Assembly (NCBI GenBank): GCA_963691875.1
Contig: OY829846.1
Span: 2,976,001-3,040,000 of the forward strand
Length of the DNA: 64,000 bases
Reading direction: 5' to 3'
From: Aureliella sp.
GTDB taxonomy: Bacteria; Planctomycetota; Planctomycetia; Pirellulales; Pirellulaceae
Position 1 is the first letter of the stretch. The number at the start of each line of letters is the position of its first letter. The translations under genes and the position numbers were made by a program. Shown in pieces: positions 9,969 through 20,513 of the stretch. Under the pieces are notes generated by a model. That model saw only the letters and a list, made by a program, of their open reading frames with translations, had not been told where the DNA came from and ran no database searches.

Positions 9969-10886
9969 ATGGGACTGCTAGATAAGTTCGGATTCGGCAA
10001 AAAGAAAGACTCAGGCGATGGTCCTGCGTCGTTGAAGTCGAACCGCCGAATCGACATCGAAGCTCGATTTGAGAAACTCCGTACTGCAGTCAGCGGTACG
10101 ATGAGTAAATTTTATGCAGCGCGAGACCGAGAGAAGGATCAGATCGTCGGCCTCAAGCTCTGTGACCTCGCGAAATTCAGCTTCTTCGAGAGTCGCTTCA
10201 AAGGGATGAACAAGCCGCCCGAAGGCGAAATCGCGGCGATGATGGATCATCCCAACATCATCAAGACTCTCGAGTACGGTAAAACTACAGCCAAGGAACC
10301 GTACCTGATCATGGAGTTCATAGACGGCCCTGGCCTGAACACACTCATTCAGAACCAGGATGCGGAGCGACTTGCCGGCCGGCGGCTCGATTTGATCAAG
10401 CAGATGGCCGACGCTTTGCACTACGTGCATCAGAAAGGCTACATCCACCGCGACATTTGTCCGCGAAACTTTATCTGCGACACAGAAATCCAGCGCATTA
10501 AGCTGATCGATTTTGGGCTGACTGTCCCAGCGACCGAAGCATTTATGCGACCCGGCAACCGAACCGGAACACCACTCTACATGGCTCCCGAGATCGTTCG
10601 TCGTCGGGCTACCGACCAGCGCCTGGATATTTTCGCTTTCGGCGTTTCCTGCTATCAGCTACTGACCTTCGATTTCCCTTGGCCAGGCGGCGAGACAAGT
10701 GGACTTGCAGCGCTGAATCACGACACATCCAATCCTCGCGACATCTTCAAGTACCGCCCAGACCTCAACAAAACGCTTGGCGGCATGATCATGCAGTGCG
10801 TACAACCCAGTCCTGAGAATCGGGTACAAAGCATGGATCAGTTCGTCAGCACATTGCGACGCGTCCCATCAGAAACGGATGACTAG
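9969..10886 (+). CDS. Hanks-type protein kinase (catalytic domain only)
   Basis: VGLK, HPNII, IMEFIDG, HRDICPRN, DFG, GTPLYMAPE and DIFAFGV subdomains. Confidence 0.93.
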   Translation: MGLLDKFGFGKKKDSGDGPASLKSNRRIDIEARFEKLRTAVSGTMSKFYAARDREKDQIVGLKLCDLAKFSFFESRFKGMNKPPEGEIAAMMDHPNIIKTLEYGKTTAKEPYLIMEFIDGPGLNTLIQNQDAERLAGRRLDLIKQMADALHYVHQKGYIHRDICPRNFICDTEIQRIKLIDFGLTVPATEAFMRPGNRTGTPLYMAPEIVRRRATDQRLDIFAFGVSCYQLLTFDFPWPGGETSGLAALNHDTSNPRDIFKYRPDLNKTLGGMIMQCVQPSPENRVQSMDQFVSTLRRVPSETDD

Positions 10887-10943
10887 GCTCCGTCGATTCT
10901 TAGTGAGTGCCTCGTCGCTGCTTGAGGGAGCGAAGTTTCTACC

Positions 10944-11495
10944 ATGCCGTTACGAGTGTCATTGCGAACTCTCCTCATCACACTCGCTCTGCTTGCAGCC
11001 ATCTTGATGCCGTTGATGGTGCATCTACATTCCCTGAGAAACCAATCGCTGGCGGCGGAGCAACTAACGGCATCTGGAGCACGCATCTTCTACCAAGCCG
11101 ATCATGGACTGTTTGGGCTCTTTCCGAAGATCGAGCTAGTGTCGATCGTTGAATTTCGCGGCGAGCCAGAGGAACTTCAATCGCTGCGTGAATTAAGCAT
11201 CCCGCATCTGGCTTTCGTACATGCCGGCGTCACTTCAGAAGTCGTTGACATTCTTGTCGAGATTCCCGACCTACAAATGCTCAATCTCTCGGATACAAAT
11301 GTGAGTGACGACGCACTCAAACGGTTCGAAAAGCTGCCGGATCTTGAGTATCTCAACGTGATGGGTTCCGGCGTGACGCCTAAAGGCGTGCGAGATTTCA
11401 TCGAACACCGCCCAGATTGCAAATTGAGCGTGGTGTCCGACACGGAATTCATGAAGTGGTTGAATCGATTGTTCCGCTCGGACTCGAATCTTTGA
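10944..11495 (+). CDS. Membrane-anchored leucine-rich repeat protein
   Basis: N-terminal SLRTLL plus a hydrophobic helix; LRR units LQMLNLSDTNVSDDAL and LEYLNVMGSGVTPKGV. Confidence 0.75.
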   Translation: MPLRVSLRTLLITLALLAAILMPLMVHLHSLRNQSLAAEQLTASGARIFYQADHGLFGLFPKIELVSIVEFRGEPEELQSLRELSIPHLAFVHAGVTSEVVDILVEIPDLQMLNLSDTNVSDDALKRFEKLPDLEYLNVMGSGVTPKGVRDFIEHRPDCKLSVVSDTEFMKWLNRLFRSDSNL

Positions 11496-11646
11496 ATCCT
11501 CTTCTGCGCGTTATGTTGGATCGACCTGCTTTGATAATGCTCAATTTCGGTCTAACCCTGAGTTGTCAGGTCGAGGCAAAGATACACTGCACCAGGTGTC
11601 GATTTATGGACCGAGGTAGCGTTGTCGACCTAGTCTTTTTTGTAGC

Positions 11647-13185
11647 TTGGAATCGATGCAGTCAAAGTCAAAATCCGAACAACGTATTCTCGAAGAATTA
11701 CTGGCTCAACTGTTAGCCTGGCATGAGGGCAAACTTCAGCCCGAAACCCTAGCTGTAAATCTGACTAATTTTCTACGTGAAAATATGGTTGTTGCAACTC
11801 ACGCGCAGTTGACCAGGGCGCAAACACTTGACGAGTTCCGCGCGGTTTCGGCTGAATTGTTGGATGCTCATTTTACTTCAAAAATGGAGCGAAAAGAACG
11901 CGAGCTCAAACGTCTCCAAGAGCAGTTCCGTGTATCTGAGAAGCAGACCCTTGTATCTAGCGAAGCTTCAGACGATGACTTCTATGCCAATTCGCAACAA
12001 GACGAAACACGATACTCATTGGCTCCATTTGCCATCCATGACCGCCTCGACCTCTTGGTGCGTCGTTTTAGCCTGGGCGTATTCTCCCTGCAAAGCTTCT
12101 TCCTCTTTTGCAGCATTGGAGCGGTTGCTGCCTTGATCCTCGGCGATGGTGTTTGGGTTGGTGCTGAGCACGCGCGGAGCGTCAACATCCCCAATAACAA
12201 AAAGTTGACGACGCAAAATGCTCAAGTTGATAGCACTGCGGGCTTCGAGTTCCTGATTAGTCAGACGACCACACCAGACCACTCGCCGCGACAAGACTTG
12301 AGTCTATCCGCAGATTCCGAGTGGAGGATGAAAGCAGGTTTAGCTGAAGCCCATGCCGAAGAGCCGGGATTTATCATTGGTGATCCCGATACCTCCGATG
12401 CAAGCCTGCACTCCTCTATTGGGACTGTTGAATCCAAGTTGATTCAGCTGCAGGCCCCAAAACAAGAACCGGATGCGAACTTGGATTCTATTTTGGCGGA
12501 ATCCATTGGCATTTCAGAACAAGAGCTTCAAGCGCGGCAAGGACGTTCACAGGGCGATCTAGGTTTACAGGAGATCATGTCGCTGCTTGACAAGGGAGAC
12601 TTGGAACAGGCTCTCGATACGTTGTCTCGGATGTCGGCCGCGTTCAGCGACCAGAACGCAACCTTGATCAAGCTAGAAATATTGGCGGGTGGTGACAGCA
12701 AAGCGCGACTGGAAAGCTGGGAGTTGCTTCTCCAGACGCGGGAGACGAATCTCCTGAGCGACATGATCGCAGCACGGCTATTGTTGACCAGCTCCAATGA
12801 TGAGCGTCGAGAAATGTTCCGGAAGTTCGCCGAGAACCCAGGTGCACCAACACGCTACGAGTGTTGGATTCGCTCTTTTACAAGAAATACTGAAATTGCC
12901 GGTCAGCTGGAGGCTCTTCAAAAGAACACTGTCGCCTTGGATTCTTTTATGCTCGATGGAATATTCTTGGCAAGTGCGTATTGCAACGTGGGACGACTGG
13001 ACGCTGCTTTGGCCTCTCTCCAGTCTGTGGAAATGGAGCTACAGATAATGACAAACCTCGGGCAGTCTGTCGTCTACGCTTCGCTGGTTTCACGCAATCA
13101 AGCGATGCTTTTGTCGCGTGTTTCCAGGACAGCCGCGAGGATCCGATCTGTTGTCGATTCTGATCGCAGCTCCACCGTCGATTAG
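11647..13185 (+). CDS. Hypothetical membrane protein (coiled coil, one TM segment, helical-repeat C-terminus)
   Basis: 512-aa ORF with a hydrophobic segment near aa 140-170; no family recognised and start uncertain. Confidence 0.6.
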   Translation: MESMQSKSKSEQRILEELLAQLLAWHEGKLQPETLAVNLTNFLRENMVVATHAQLTRAQTLDEFRAVSAELLDAHFTSKMERKERELKRLQEQFRVSEKQTLVSSEASDDDFYANSQQDETRYSLAPFAIHDRLDLLVRRFSLGVFSLQSFFLFCSIGAVAALILGDGVWVGAEHARSVNIPNNKKLTTQNAQVDSTAGFEFLISQTTTPDHSPRQDLSLSADSEWRMKAGLAEAHAEEPGFIIGDPDTSDASLHSSIGTVESKLIQLQAPKQEPDANLDSILAESIGISEQELQARQGRSQGDLGLQEIMSLLDKGDLEQALDTLSRMSAAFSDQNATLIKLEILAGGDSKARLESWELLLQTRETNLLSDMIAARLLLTSSNDERREMFRKFAENPGAPTRYECWIRSFTRNTEIAGQLEALQKNTVALDSFMLDGIFLASAYCNVGRLDAALASLQSVEMELQIMTNLGQSVVYASLVSRNQAMLLSRVSRTAARIRSVVDSDRSSTVD

Positions 13186-13226
13186 AACCGTTGGCTGCGC
13201 TGTTCCCTTCTCAATTGGCCTTCCGC

Positions 13227-14285
13227 TCAGCATGCTCTGCGATGCGAATTCACACCTAAACTAATCGCATTTAAAAGATCGTCGCATGCCGCCATGACTG
13301 AGTTGACTGTAATGGCACGCATGGAACTGTTTTCGCCTTTTCGCTGCAATTTACCTTCGGGCAGAATAGGACTCTGGACAATTCTATGCTCGTTCCCGTA
13401 GGGCCCCGACTCGTCTCCCCAAGTGACACCATGCAAACTGACACAAGGCGTACCAATACAGCTGGCCATATGTAACGGCCCTGTATCACCGGTAAGCAAA
13501 AGCGTGCACCGACGCAGCAACTCAAGCATTTCCAGCAAGCTGGTTACCGGTGCTAGTCGCGCCGTACCACGACTTTCGGCAACAATCTGCTCCGCCATCT
13601 TTTTCTCGTTGTCGCCTGCCCAGAAGACAAGGCTAGTCAGACCATGGTCAATCTTGATTCGTCTTGCAGTCTCAGCAAAGCGATCGGTTGGCCACTGGCG
13701 CGTGGTCCAACCCGCACCAGGATTGATGGCTACCCAACTGGAGGGAAGCTCGAACTCCTCCAGCTTCGAATCAGCGACGGCTGCTGCGGCCTGGTAAACC
13801 GGCATTTCGAACTGCGCCATGAAGGGTTCTATAGTTTTCCACGGACTGAGAAGCTCCAGGTAAGTGTCTACCATGTGGCTCTGCGTTCGGGAGACGCGGT
13901 GTGTCGCGCACCAAGGGGCTACTTCTCGTGCATGACTTCGGTCAAAGCCAACTCGCAACTTGGCACCAGATAGCCAGCCAAGCATCGCGCTCTTGGTGAG
14001 TCCTTGGGGATCCATTACGAGATCGCACTGCAGTTGCCTCAGCTCGTCGCGCAGCCCTATCCAGGCTCTGGGACTACTGAGCCAAACCTTCGGGATCTTG
14101 ATCACCTCATCAACAGCAGGATGCTCCTGCAGGAACTGGCTCGCTGCACAAGAGACGGCCCAGTGAATGCGACATTCAGGCCATAGCTGTTTTGCGGCAA
14201 CTGCCAGAGGGATCGTCAACAAGCAGTCGCCAATCGCACTGAGACGCGTAATCAGGATGTTTTTTGGCTTGTGACTGTCGAGCAT
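13227..14285 (-). CDS. Glycosyltransferase family 9 (LPS heptosyltransferase-like)
   Basis: ILITRLSAIGD, DPQGLTKSA, INPGAGW..RQWP and GDTGPLHMA; start placed at ATG 14285. Confidence 0.92.
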   Translation of the reverse strand: MLDSHKPKNILITRLSAIGDCLLTIPLAVAAKQLWPECRIHWAVSCAASQFLQEHPAVDEVIKIPKVWLSSPRAWIGLRDELRQLQCDLVMDPQGLTKSAMLGWLSGAKLRVGFDRSHAREVAPWCATHRVSRTQSHMVDTYLELLSPWKTIEPFMAQFEMPVYQAAAAVADSKLEEFELPSSWVAINPGAGWTTRQWPTDRFAETARRIKIDHGLTSLVFWAGDNEKKMAEQIVAESRGTARLAPVTSLLEMLELLRRCTLLLTGDTGPLHMASCIGTPCVSLHGVTWGDESGPYGNEHRIVQSPILPEGKLQRKGENSSMRAITVNSVMAACDDLLNAISLGVNSHRRAC

Positions 14286-14369
14286 GGTCCAAGAATGTGC
14301 GGAGAATAACGAATAGCCTTCATCTACATATGTGTGCAAGCTACCGCAAGCCTGCACTTGAACTCAAGG

Positions 14370-14402
14370 CAAATCCTGGGTGTACAAATCCTGGGTGTAC
14401 AA
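14370..14402. repeat. Perfect 15-bp tandem duplication CAAATCCTGGGTGTA x2
   Basis: Read directly at 14370-14384 and 14385-14399, in a divergent intergenic region. Confidence 0.9.
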
Positions 14403-14482
14403 TAAGCTTGTTCGCGGCGGGAAAGTTTGACGTGCCTCGGGCTGCCCGATTTCCTTTGCTTCATACTCCAAGGCTGCAGACC

Positions 14483-15667
14483 ATGCACGGTCATTTTAAG
14501 ATAGTCCCTCTTCTTCTGCTCGGAATCACTCTGTCTGGGTGCGCGTCGGGTTGTGAAAAGAACAAGGGCCCGAAATCACGAATCGTGATGAAGCATGACG
14601 GCTATGAAATGCACGTCATGGACAATTCCGAATCCGTTAGTCTCGCCTTTGCTATCAACTCCAAAGGTCATGTACTGGGTAAGAAGGAAATCGTTGACGA
14701 AAGCGGCAACATTTTTTCCAACATCTTCTTTTTCGATGATGGACAAAAGCAAATCGACCTCGGCTTGCTTAAGCACTACACCAATTCAGAAGTCGAAGCG
14801 CTGAGCGACAATGGCCTAGCAGTAGGCTACGCTAGCAGACCAGTTGGTGACCCGAGAGGATCATTAACGGCACTTTTGTGGGATGTGAACAAAAATGAGA
14901 TTTCTCAGCTTCCCCATATCGAAGGAGACTCTGCATCCCATGCCCAAGGAATCTCAGCGGACGGCTCGCGCATCGTTGGCTACTCCACTGGCAACGAGCC
15001 ACAGCGCCTACGTCCCTGCGTTTGGGAGAAGAAATCGGGGAAGTGGGTGGCTCAAGCTTTGCCGACAAAGTTTGAGTACAACCCTTACACGATGTCGAGC
15101 TCAGTCGTTATCTCTCCCGACGGCAAACTCATCGCGTCTTGTGTGACCGAGTCGATAGAGAACAACTTTTTAGATAGCTGCTTGGTCGTGTGGAAGCAAG
15201 ATACGAATGGCAAATGGCAGAGCAAGCAATTGAACACAGAGCAGATGTATGTCAGCGCTATGAACAATGCCGGAGAGATCGTTGGTGACGCAAGCAACAA
15301 GAAAGGTCAAAGAACTCCTTATTTTGTCAGCCCCGACGGAGAGTACGACATGATCGAATTGCTATCCGGAACTGTCTCCGGCAATGCTTATGGAATCAAC
15401 AATGAAGGAATGGTAGTCGGCATTTGCAACGATCCACCTGGCCCAGACGCTGCAGTGCGCCCCTTTGTGTATTACAAGGGTGAACAAACCGCACTCAAGC
15501 TACCCAAGGGAAATGAGTACAGCTTGGTTTACGCGATCAACGATGCTGGCCAAATCGCTGGCCTAGCCGAGGTGAAGTTCGAAGACCGCAAGGAGAAGAA
15601 TGAAGAAACCGGCGAGGAAGAACCCGTCGTCAAGGCCCTCGCCTTCGTCTGGCGACCAACTTCCTAA
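14483..15667 (+). CDS. Secreted/lipoprotein with HAF-type extracellular repeats (beta-propeller-like)
   Basis: Lipobox-like LSGC; repeats AINSKGHVLG, ISADGSRIVG, MNNAGEIVG, INNEGMVVG and INDAGQIAG. Confidence 0.8.
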   Translation: MHGHFKIVPLLLLGITLSGCASGCEKNKGPKSRIVMKHDGYEMHVMDNSESVSLAFAINSKGHVLGKKEIVDESGNIFSNIFFFDDGQKQIDLGLLKHYTNSEVEALSDNGLAVGYASRPVGDPRGSLTALLWDVNKNEISQLPHIEGDSASHAQGISADGSRIVGYSTGNEPQRLRPCVWEKKSGKWVAQALPTKFEYNPYTMSSSVVISPDGKLIASCVTESIENNFLDSCLVVWKQDTNGKWQSKQLNTEQMYVSAMNNAGEIVGDASNKKGQRTPYFVSPDGEYDMIELLSGTVSGNAYGINNEGMVVGICNDPPGPDAAVRPFVYYKGEQTALKLPKGNEYSLVYAINDAGQIAGLAEVKFEDRKEKNEETGEEEPVVKALAFVWRPTS

Positions 15668-15972
15668 CCATAGTGGGTTTCACTGAAATCCTGAGCCACG
15701 AATCCTCTGTGCTATCAGGAACCAGGGAAAACACCTCATTTCGCCCCTTCTGCAATGAGTGCTCATAAGTGTCAAGCAGTGGTTCTTCATCGAACCTTGC
15801 AGAAACGCTGAATGATTAAAGCAAAACGCGGACATAGAGTAGTGCCGATTGTCTCATTTGAGACCAAGAGCCTTTGCCTGCCTCTCCCCCACGAGGTTTT
15901 GCACCTTTTCTGTCGAAATGCCATCGTGTTCGGCAAAAGGTTTTCTGGCGAATTCGTTGAGGAAAACGCTTC

Positions 15973-17664
15973 TTATTTGCGGCCAAGGACGACAAGGCAC
16001 ATATCGTCAGCTTGGGCAGTGCCTTCGATGAAGCGTTTTACATCGGAAACTATGTGATCGCCGATCTCGGCTAAAGTCCCTTTACCTGCAGAAACAAGCT
16101 CCTGCAGCTGGCGGATGCCGAACATCTTGCCTTGCCTGTCCGGCGCCTCGTTGATCCCGTCCGTGTAGAGCACCAAGCGATCACCAGGCTCGATCTGAAT
16201 CCTTGCAGACTCATACTCGAAGCTTCCCACAACGTTAATGGGTACGCCAGCAGCTTCATCCCCAGGCTGGCTGACCGCCCCGCCGGGCTTTAACCAAATC
16301 GGAGCCATATGTCCCGCGTTGACAATCTCTACCTGCCCCGTAGAGGGCTCTAAAATACAGCAGATGAAGGTCACAAACTTCTCAACACCCAAAGCATAAA
16401 GACGCTGATTCAACTTCGTGATCGCGACACTTGGGGATGCTTCACTGGCGAGTAAGAACTTTGTTTCGGCGGACAGCTTGGCCATAAACATCGCGGCTGC
16501 CACACCATGCCCAGCTACATCTGCCACGATCACAACCAGCCGGCCGTCTGATAATTCAATGTAATCAAAGTAGTCGCCGCCGATCTGGTCGGCGGGATGA
16601 TAGTAGTCATAGAACTCGTAGCCGGCCAAGTCAGGCTTAGCTTGAGGCAGCAATGCTTTTTGGACGTTGCTGGCCAGTTCCAGGTCTTGTTCGATCTTTT
16701 GCTGTAATACCGCTTGTTCGTGCAATTGAGCGTTCTCGATCGCTACGCCAGCTTGGGTGGCGACGCCTGCCAACACATCCAGATCTGCCGGCTCGAATCG
16801 CCGCTTAGAATCCAGCGTGTCGAGCTGAAGAGCGCCAATCGCATTGTCTTCTGAGTCCAACAGTGGGGCGACAATGATAGAGCGTATCTTGAAGTCCGCG
16901 ATGCTGACGGCTGTGTCAAATCGACTATCGTTGCTCGCATCCATCGAGATGATCGCCGACTTGGTATCCATCACTTCGCGCATAACGGTTCGGCTGATTC
17001 GCATGGATTCCTCGTCGCCCTGCTGACGCGTTCTGAACCAACGTGGAATCAAGTCATCGCCTTCGGCCAAAACGATGAATGCTCTGTCGGCTTGCAGGAA
17101 GACACGAAATAAAGTCTCAAGAACCTTGGGTAAAACCTCCTCTAGCTTTACCGCACCGCCAAGTGCCGTCGCGATCTCAAGCATTGCACTGAGACGTACT
17201 TCAGCATTCGTCGTCAGCTGCGAGCCATATTTGCTACCACGAATATCGAGCCGACTACTGAATTCGCGTGAACTGCTAAGGTGCGCGTCGTCATCAACCA
17301 TAACGACGCCGAATGAACTCTGCTCCTGATCCATGCCAGAACCCCCGAGCAGTTCGCTGTCGATGATCGCGGGCTGGTCGGAATGAAACGAGAATTCGAT
17401 ATCGCAGATGCGAATCAGATCACCATCTTTGAGTGACGCAGGCTGGTCGAGTAACTCTCCATTCAAGAAAGTACCGTTACGACTCTTCAGATCAGCGATC
17501 TCATATCGCCCGTCTCGCAGTTGGACTTTAGCATGCTGACGGCTCACAGCCCCCACATCGATCGTGACGTCACATTCTGGGTGCCGCCCGAGCACTGTCT
17601 CTTCTTTTTCAATCTCATAGCGATTTCCAAAGCTGGAACCACTTATTGCGGTTAGAAACGCCAT
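15973..17664 (-). CDS. FHA-GAF-SpoIIE (PP2C) protein phosphatase
   Basis: FHA (LGRHPECD, VSRQHA, SRNGTFLNG), a GAF domain and PP2C motifs GGDYFD, ADVAGHG, YTDGINEA and DDMC. Confidence 0.93.
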   Translation of the reverse strand: MAFLTAISGSSFGNRYEIEKEETVLGRHPECDVTIDVGAVSRQHAKVQLRDGRYEIADLKSRNGTFLNGELLDQPASLKDGDLIRICDIEFSFHSDQPAIIDSELLGGSGMDQEQSSFGVVMVDDDAHLSSSREFSSRLDIRGSKYGSQLTTNAEVRLSAMLEIATALGGAVKLEEVLPKVLETLFRVFLQADRAFIVLAEGDDLIPRWFRTRQQGDEESMRISRTVMREVMDTKSAIISMDASNDSRFDTAVSIADFKIRSIIVAPLLDSEDNAIGALQLDTLDSKRRFEPADLDVLAGVATQAGVAIENAQLHEQAVLQQKIEQDLELASNVQKALLPQAKPDLAGYEFYDYYHPADQIGGDYFDYIELSDGRLVVIVADVAGHGVAAAMFMAKLSAETKFLLASEASPSVAITKLNQRLYALGVEKFVTFICCILEPSTGQVEIVNAGHMAPIWLKPGGAVSQPGDEAAGVPINVVGSFEYESARIQIEPGDRLVLYTDGINEAPDRQGKMFGIRQLQELVSAGKGTLAEIGDHIVSDVKRFIEGTAQADDMCLVVLGRK

Positions 17665-18232
17665 TTTCTCAGTCAACGGAAAGAAGATAACCATGAAAGT
17701 CCAAAACCTGCTTGGGAGTCCAAGCCGGGGCGAACCAACATTTTAGACTACTCCGTCGCCCCGATAAGGCGGCAGAAACTTTTTGCGATCCAGTCTGATA
17801 GCTCTCTATAAATTTGGCTATCCTCGCCGCTGGTCCGGCATTACGAAAAAGGCCTTCACCCTACCTAGATCCCCAATCACCTGTATCGGGCCTTTCACCG
17901 CGCAGGAGGTATGCGGTGAGTGATTGTTATAGATGTTGGCAGCATGCCGCTGATGCAATTCTCGGATCCGCAGCTGAAACTTCTGATGCGAACTCGACCA
18001 TTGATCACGGACATAGCTAACTAAACAGATCGCATCTGTGTTCAATCTGAGTTCTGTCTGTGGCTTCAGAACGTGACCCGAACAGCCCCTGAGTCGGGGT
18101 TGGATTGCTCAGGAGTTGTTGGTTGCTTCGTGAAGCCGCAGGGGAATTTTTCGGCCCGAAGATAGGAATTATCTCGGCTGCAAAGAAACGCAGTTTGTAA
18201 GGAAGCCTCTGCAGCACCCAGCAGCGCCGACT

Positions 18233-20197
18233 CTACATTCTTGGCACGACGCCAATCCCCAGCAGTTCAAGACCCTGCTTCAGGACTTGCTGCGTCGCGA
18301 AGCAAAGAGCCAGTCGACTTTGTTTGAGTTCTTGCGTTTCTGCCTTCAAGACGGGGCACTGATCAAAGAAGGATGCGAACTGCTTGGCCAGACTATAGAT
18401 GTAAGCGGTCAACACGCTGGGATAATACTCCTCAACCGTATTAAGTAACACATCTTCGAATTGGAGAAGTTTCATCACGAGATCACGCTCCGCTTGCTCA
18501 GCAAGTTGAATCTCAAATCCGCCAACGGTTTCCAAGCTCAGATTCGTTTCGGATCGTGCGATGATGCTGCAGGTTCGGGCGTACATGTATTGCAAGTACG
18601 CGCCCGTCTCTCCAGCAAGTTGCACCATCTCGTTGATATTGAACTTGTAGTCACTGGTGCGATTGTGCGAGAGATCGGCGTACTTAATCGCACCAATCCC
18701 CACGGTTTCGGCAATCCTCAGCGTCTCCTCTTTGCTGAGTTCAGCCAAACCACCTTTCTCAAGGCGCTCTTCATCGCAGACAACCGCATGAGCAGCTTGG
18801 ACTGCTTCATCTAGTAGTAAGTCCAAGCCCATCACGGTGCCGCTTCGAGTCTTGAACGGAGTACCGTCTTCGCCGAGTACGGTGCCAAAACTCACGTGCT
18901 GCAACTCAACGTCTTTGTAGCCCATCTTGCGAGCAGCGACAAACAGCTTCTCAAAATGCTCCCCTTGTCGGTGGTCGACCACGTAAAGAATCGCGTCGGG
19001 CTTAAAATGCTCCATGCGGTACTCGATCGTCGCGAGGTCAGTGGTCGAGTAGAGGAAAGCTCCGTCGCTCTTCTGGATGATCATCGGAGTTTCGAACTCG
19101 TCCAGAAAAACGCAAATCGCGCCGTTGTCCTCTTTAGCAAGTCCACTTTCCGTGAGTCGCTCAACGACGCCCGGCAACATAGGGTGATAGAAGCTCTCGC
19201 CGTAAGTGTGGTCGAACTCGACGCCCAAGCGCCTGTAAGCTGAATCAATCTCTTCCATCGAGATTGGCACAAACTTCTCCCACAGCTCAAGATTGGCTTC
19301 GTCGCCGGCATGCATCTTGGCGGTTTCCAGCTGCGAGCGTTTTTCGATCTCTGGATGCTCTTCTGCCAATTTGAGCAGTTCGGGGGCGGATGCGACGGCT
19401 TGTATCTTCGAGTTGAGACCCGAGATCGAATCCTCTGCGCTTCGCACACTTCTCTTTGCCGCCTTCAGTTTTTTCTTTTGCTGCTTTGCATCTTCGTCAG
19501 GCGACGCCTCAACGACTGCAAGTGTTTCCTGGGCCTCAGCTAACTTTGCCTCCGCCCCTGGCAACTTGGGCAGCGAAGCTTGATATCCGACAATAGCTTG
19601 CACTGTTCGGTAGATGCGGCTGAGTTCGGCGACAGGCTGCTGTTCGAATGCGGCATCGTCTCGAAAGTTTCGATAGCCGTAGATGATCATGCCAAACTGG
19701 GTGCCCCAATCTCCCAAGTGGTTGTCGGCGATCACTTTGTGCCCCAAGAATCGCAAGATTCGGGCCAGTGCGTCTCCGATGACCGTTGTACGGATGTGCC
19801 CAACGTGCATGGGCTTGGCGACGTTGGGTGAGGAATAATCAATTACGAATGTCTTGCTATCCGTTGCTTCAGATACGGTCTGTCGTGGATCGACGGCTAA
19901 CTTGGCAACTTGCTCGGCTAGGAACTCGTCCTTGAGCTTCAAATTGATGAATCCAGGGCCCGCGATTTCCGGTTGTAAGCAAATGTCATCAAGCTCGACG
20001 CGCTCTACAAGCTCCTCAGCGATCTCTCGCGGATTCTTGCTCAGCACATTTTTCAGCGACATTGCCAAGTTTGCTTGATAGTCGCCGTGCCGAGCATCGC
20101 GAGCTTCAACCACTTGCTGCTTGTACCGCTCTGGGTTCTCGACCCATCCGTCGAGTGCTTGAGAAAATCGTTCTTGGAGGAGGCTGAGAATTTGCAT
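18233..20197 (-). CDS. argS: Arginine--tRNA ligase
   Basis: GDYQAN, AGPGFIN, DYSSPNVAKPMHVGH, GDWGTQFG, FKTRSG, YLQYMYAR and a C-terminal GIGVVPRM. Confidence 0.97.
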   Translation of the reverse strand: MQILSLLQERFSQALDGWVENPERYKQQVVEARDARHGDYQANLAMSLKNVLSKNPREIAEELVERVELDDICLQPEIAGPGFINLKLKDEFLAEQVAKLAVDPRQTVSEATDSKTFVIDYSSPNVAKPMHVGHIRTTVIGDALARILRFLGHKVIADNHLGDWGTQFGMIIYGYRNFRDDAAFEQQPVAELSRIYRTVQAIVGYQASLPKLPGAEAKLAEAQETLAVVEASPDEDAKQQKKKLKAAKRSVRSAEDSISGLNSKIQAVASAPELLKLAEEHPEIEKRSQLETAKMHAGDEANLELWEKFVPISMEEIDSAYRRLGVEFDHTYGESFYHPMLPGVVERLTESGLAKEDNGAICVFLDEFETPMIIQKSDGAFLYSTTDLATIEYRMEHFKPDAILYVVDHRQGEHFEKLFVAARKMGYKDVELQHVSFGTVLGEDGTPFKTRSGTVMGLDLLLDEAVQAAHAVVCDEERLEKGGLAELSKEETLRIAETVGIGAIKYADLSHNRTSDYKFNINEMVQLAGETGAYLQYMYARTCSIIARSETNLSLETVGGFEIQLAEQAERDLVMKLLQFEDVLLNTVEEYYPSVLTAYIYSLAKQFASFFDQCPVLKAETQELKQSRLALCFATQQVLKQGLELLGIGVVPRM

Positions 20198-20513
20198 GCG
20201 TCGATATCGTAGTCTGCCGGAGGCGTTGTTTGCTTCGCTGAATTCAAAATTGCCACAGGTCTCTGCGGGCTGCCAGTTGGACTTTCATCGCCGTGAAAGG
20301 TTCGTGGTCTGCAGGAGTTTGCAGAGAGAATTGACTTCACTCTGCAGATTTTCGCACTTTTGGCCAGAAATCCCAGGGGGCAAGTAGTACCGTCTCCGCA
20401 GCAGCTCTCACCCAGAAAATGCTTATCGCCGGTCGTCAGGTCTCACGGCAGGCAAGCGGAATTGGCATCGGGAGCGCCGAAGCTGTCGAATAGCTCAGCT
20501 GCTAGAGCCCTCG

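Noticed and set aside
17700..18230. Short ORFs or an ncRNA between the PP2C gene and argS
   Set aside because: Only weak hairpins and motif-less ORFs; no T-box or tRNA pattern was recognised.
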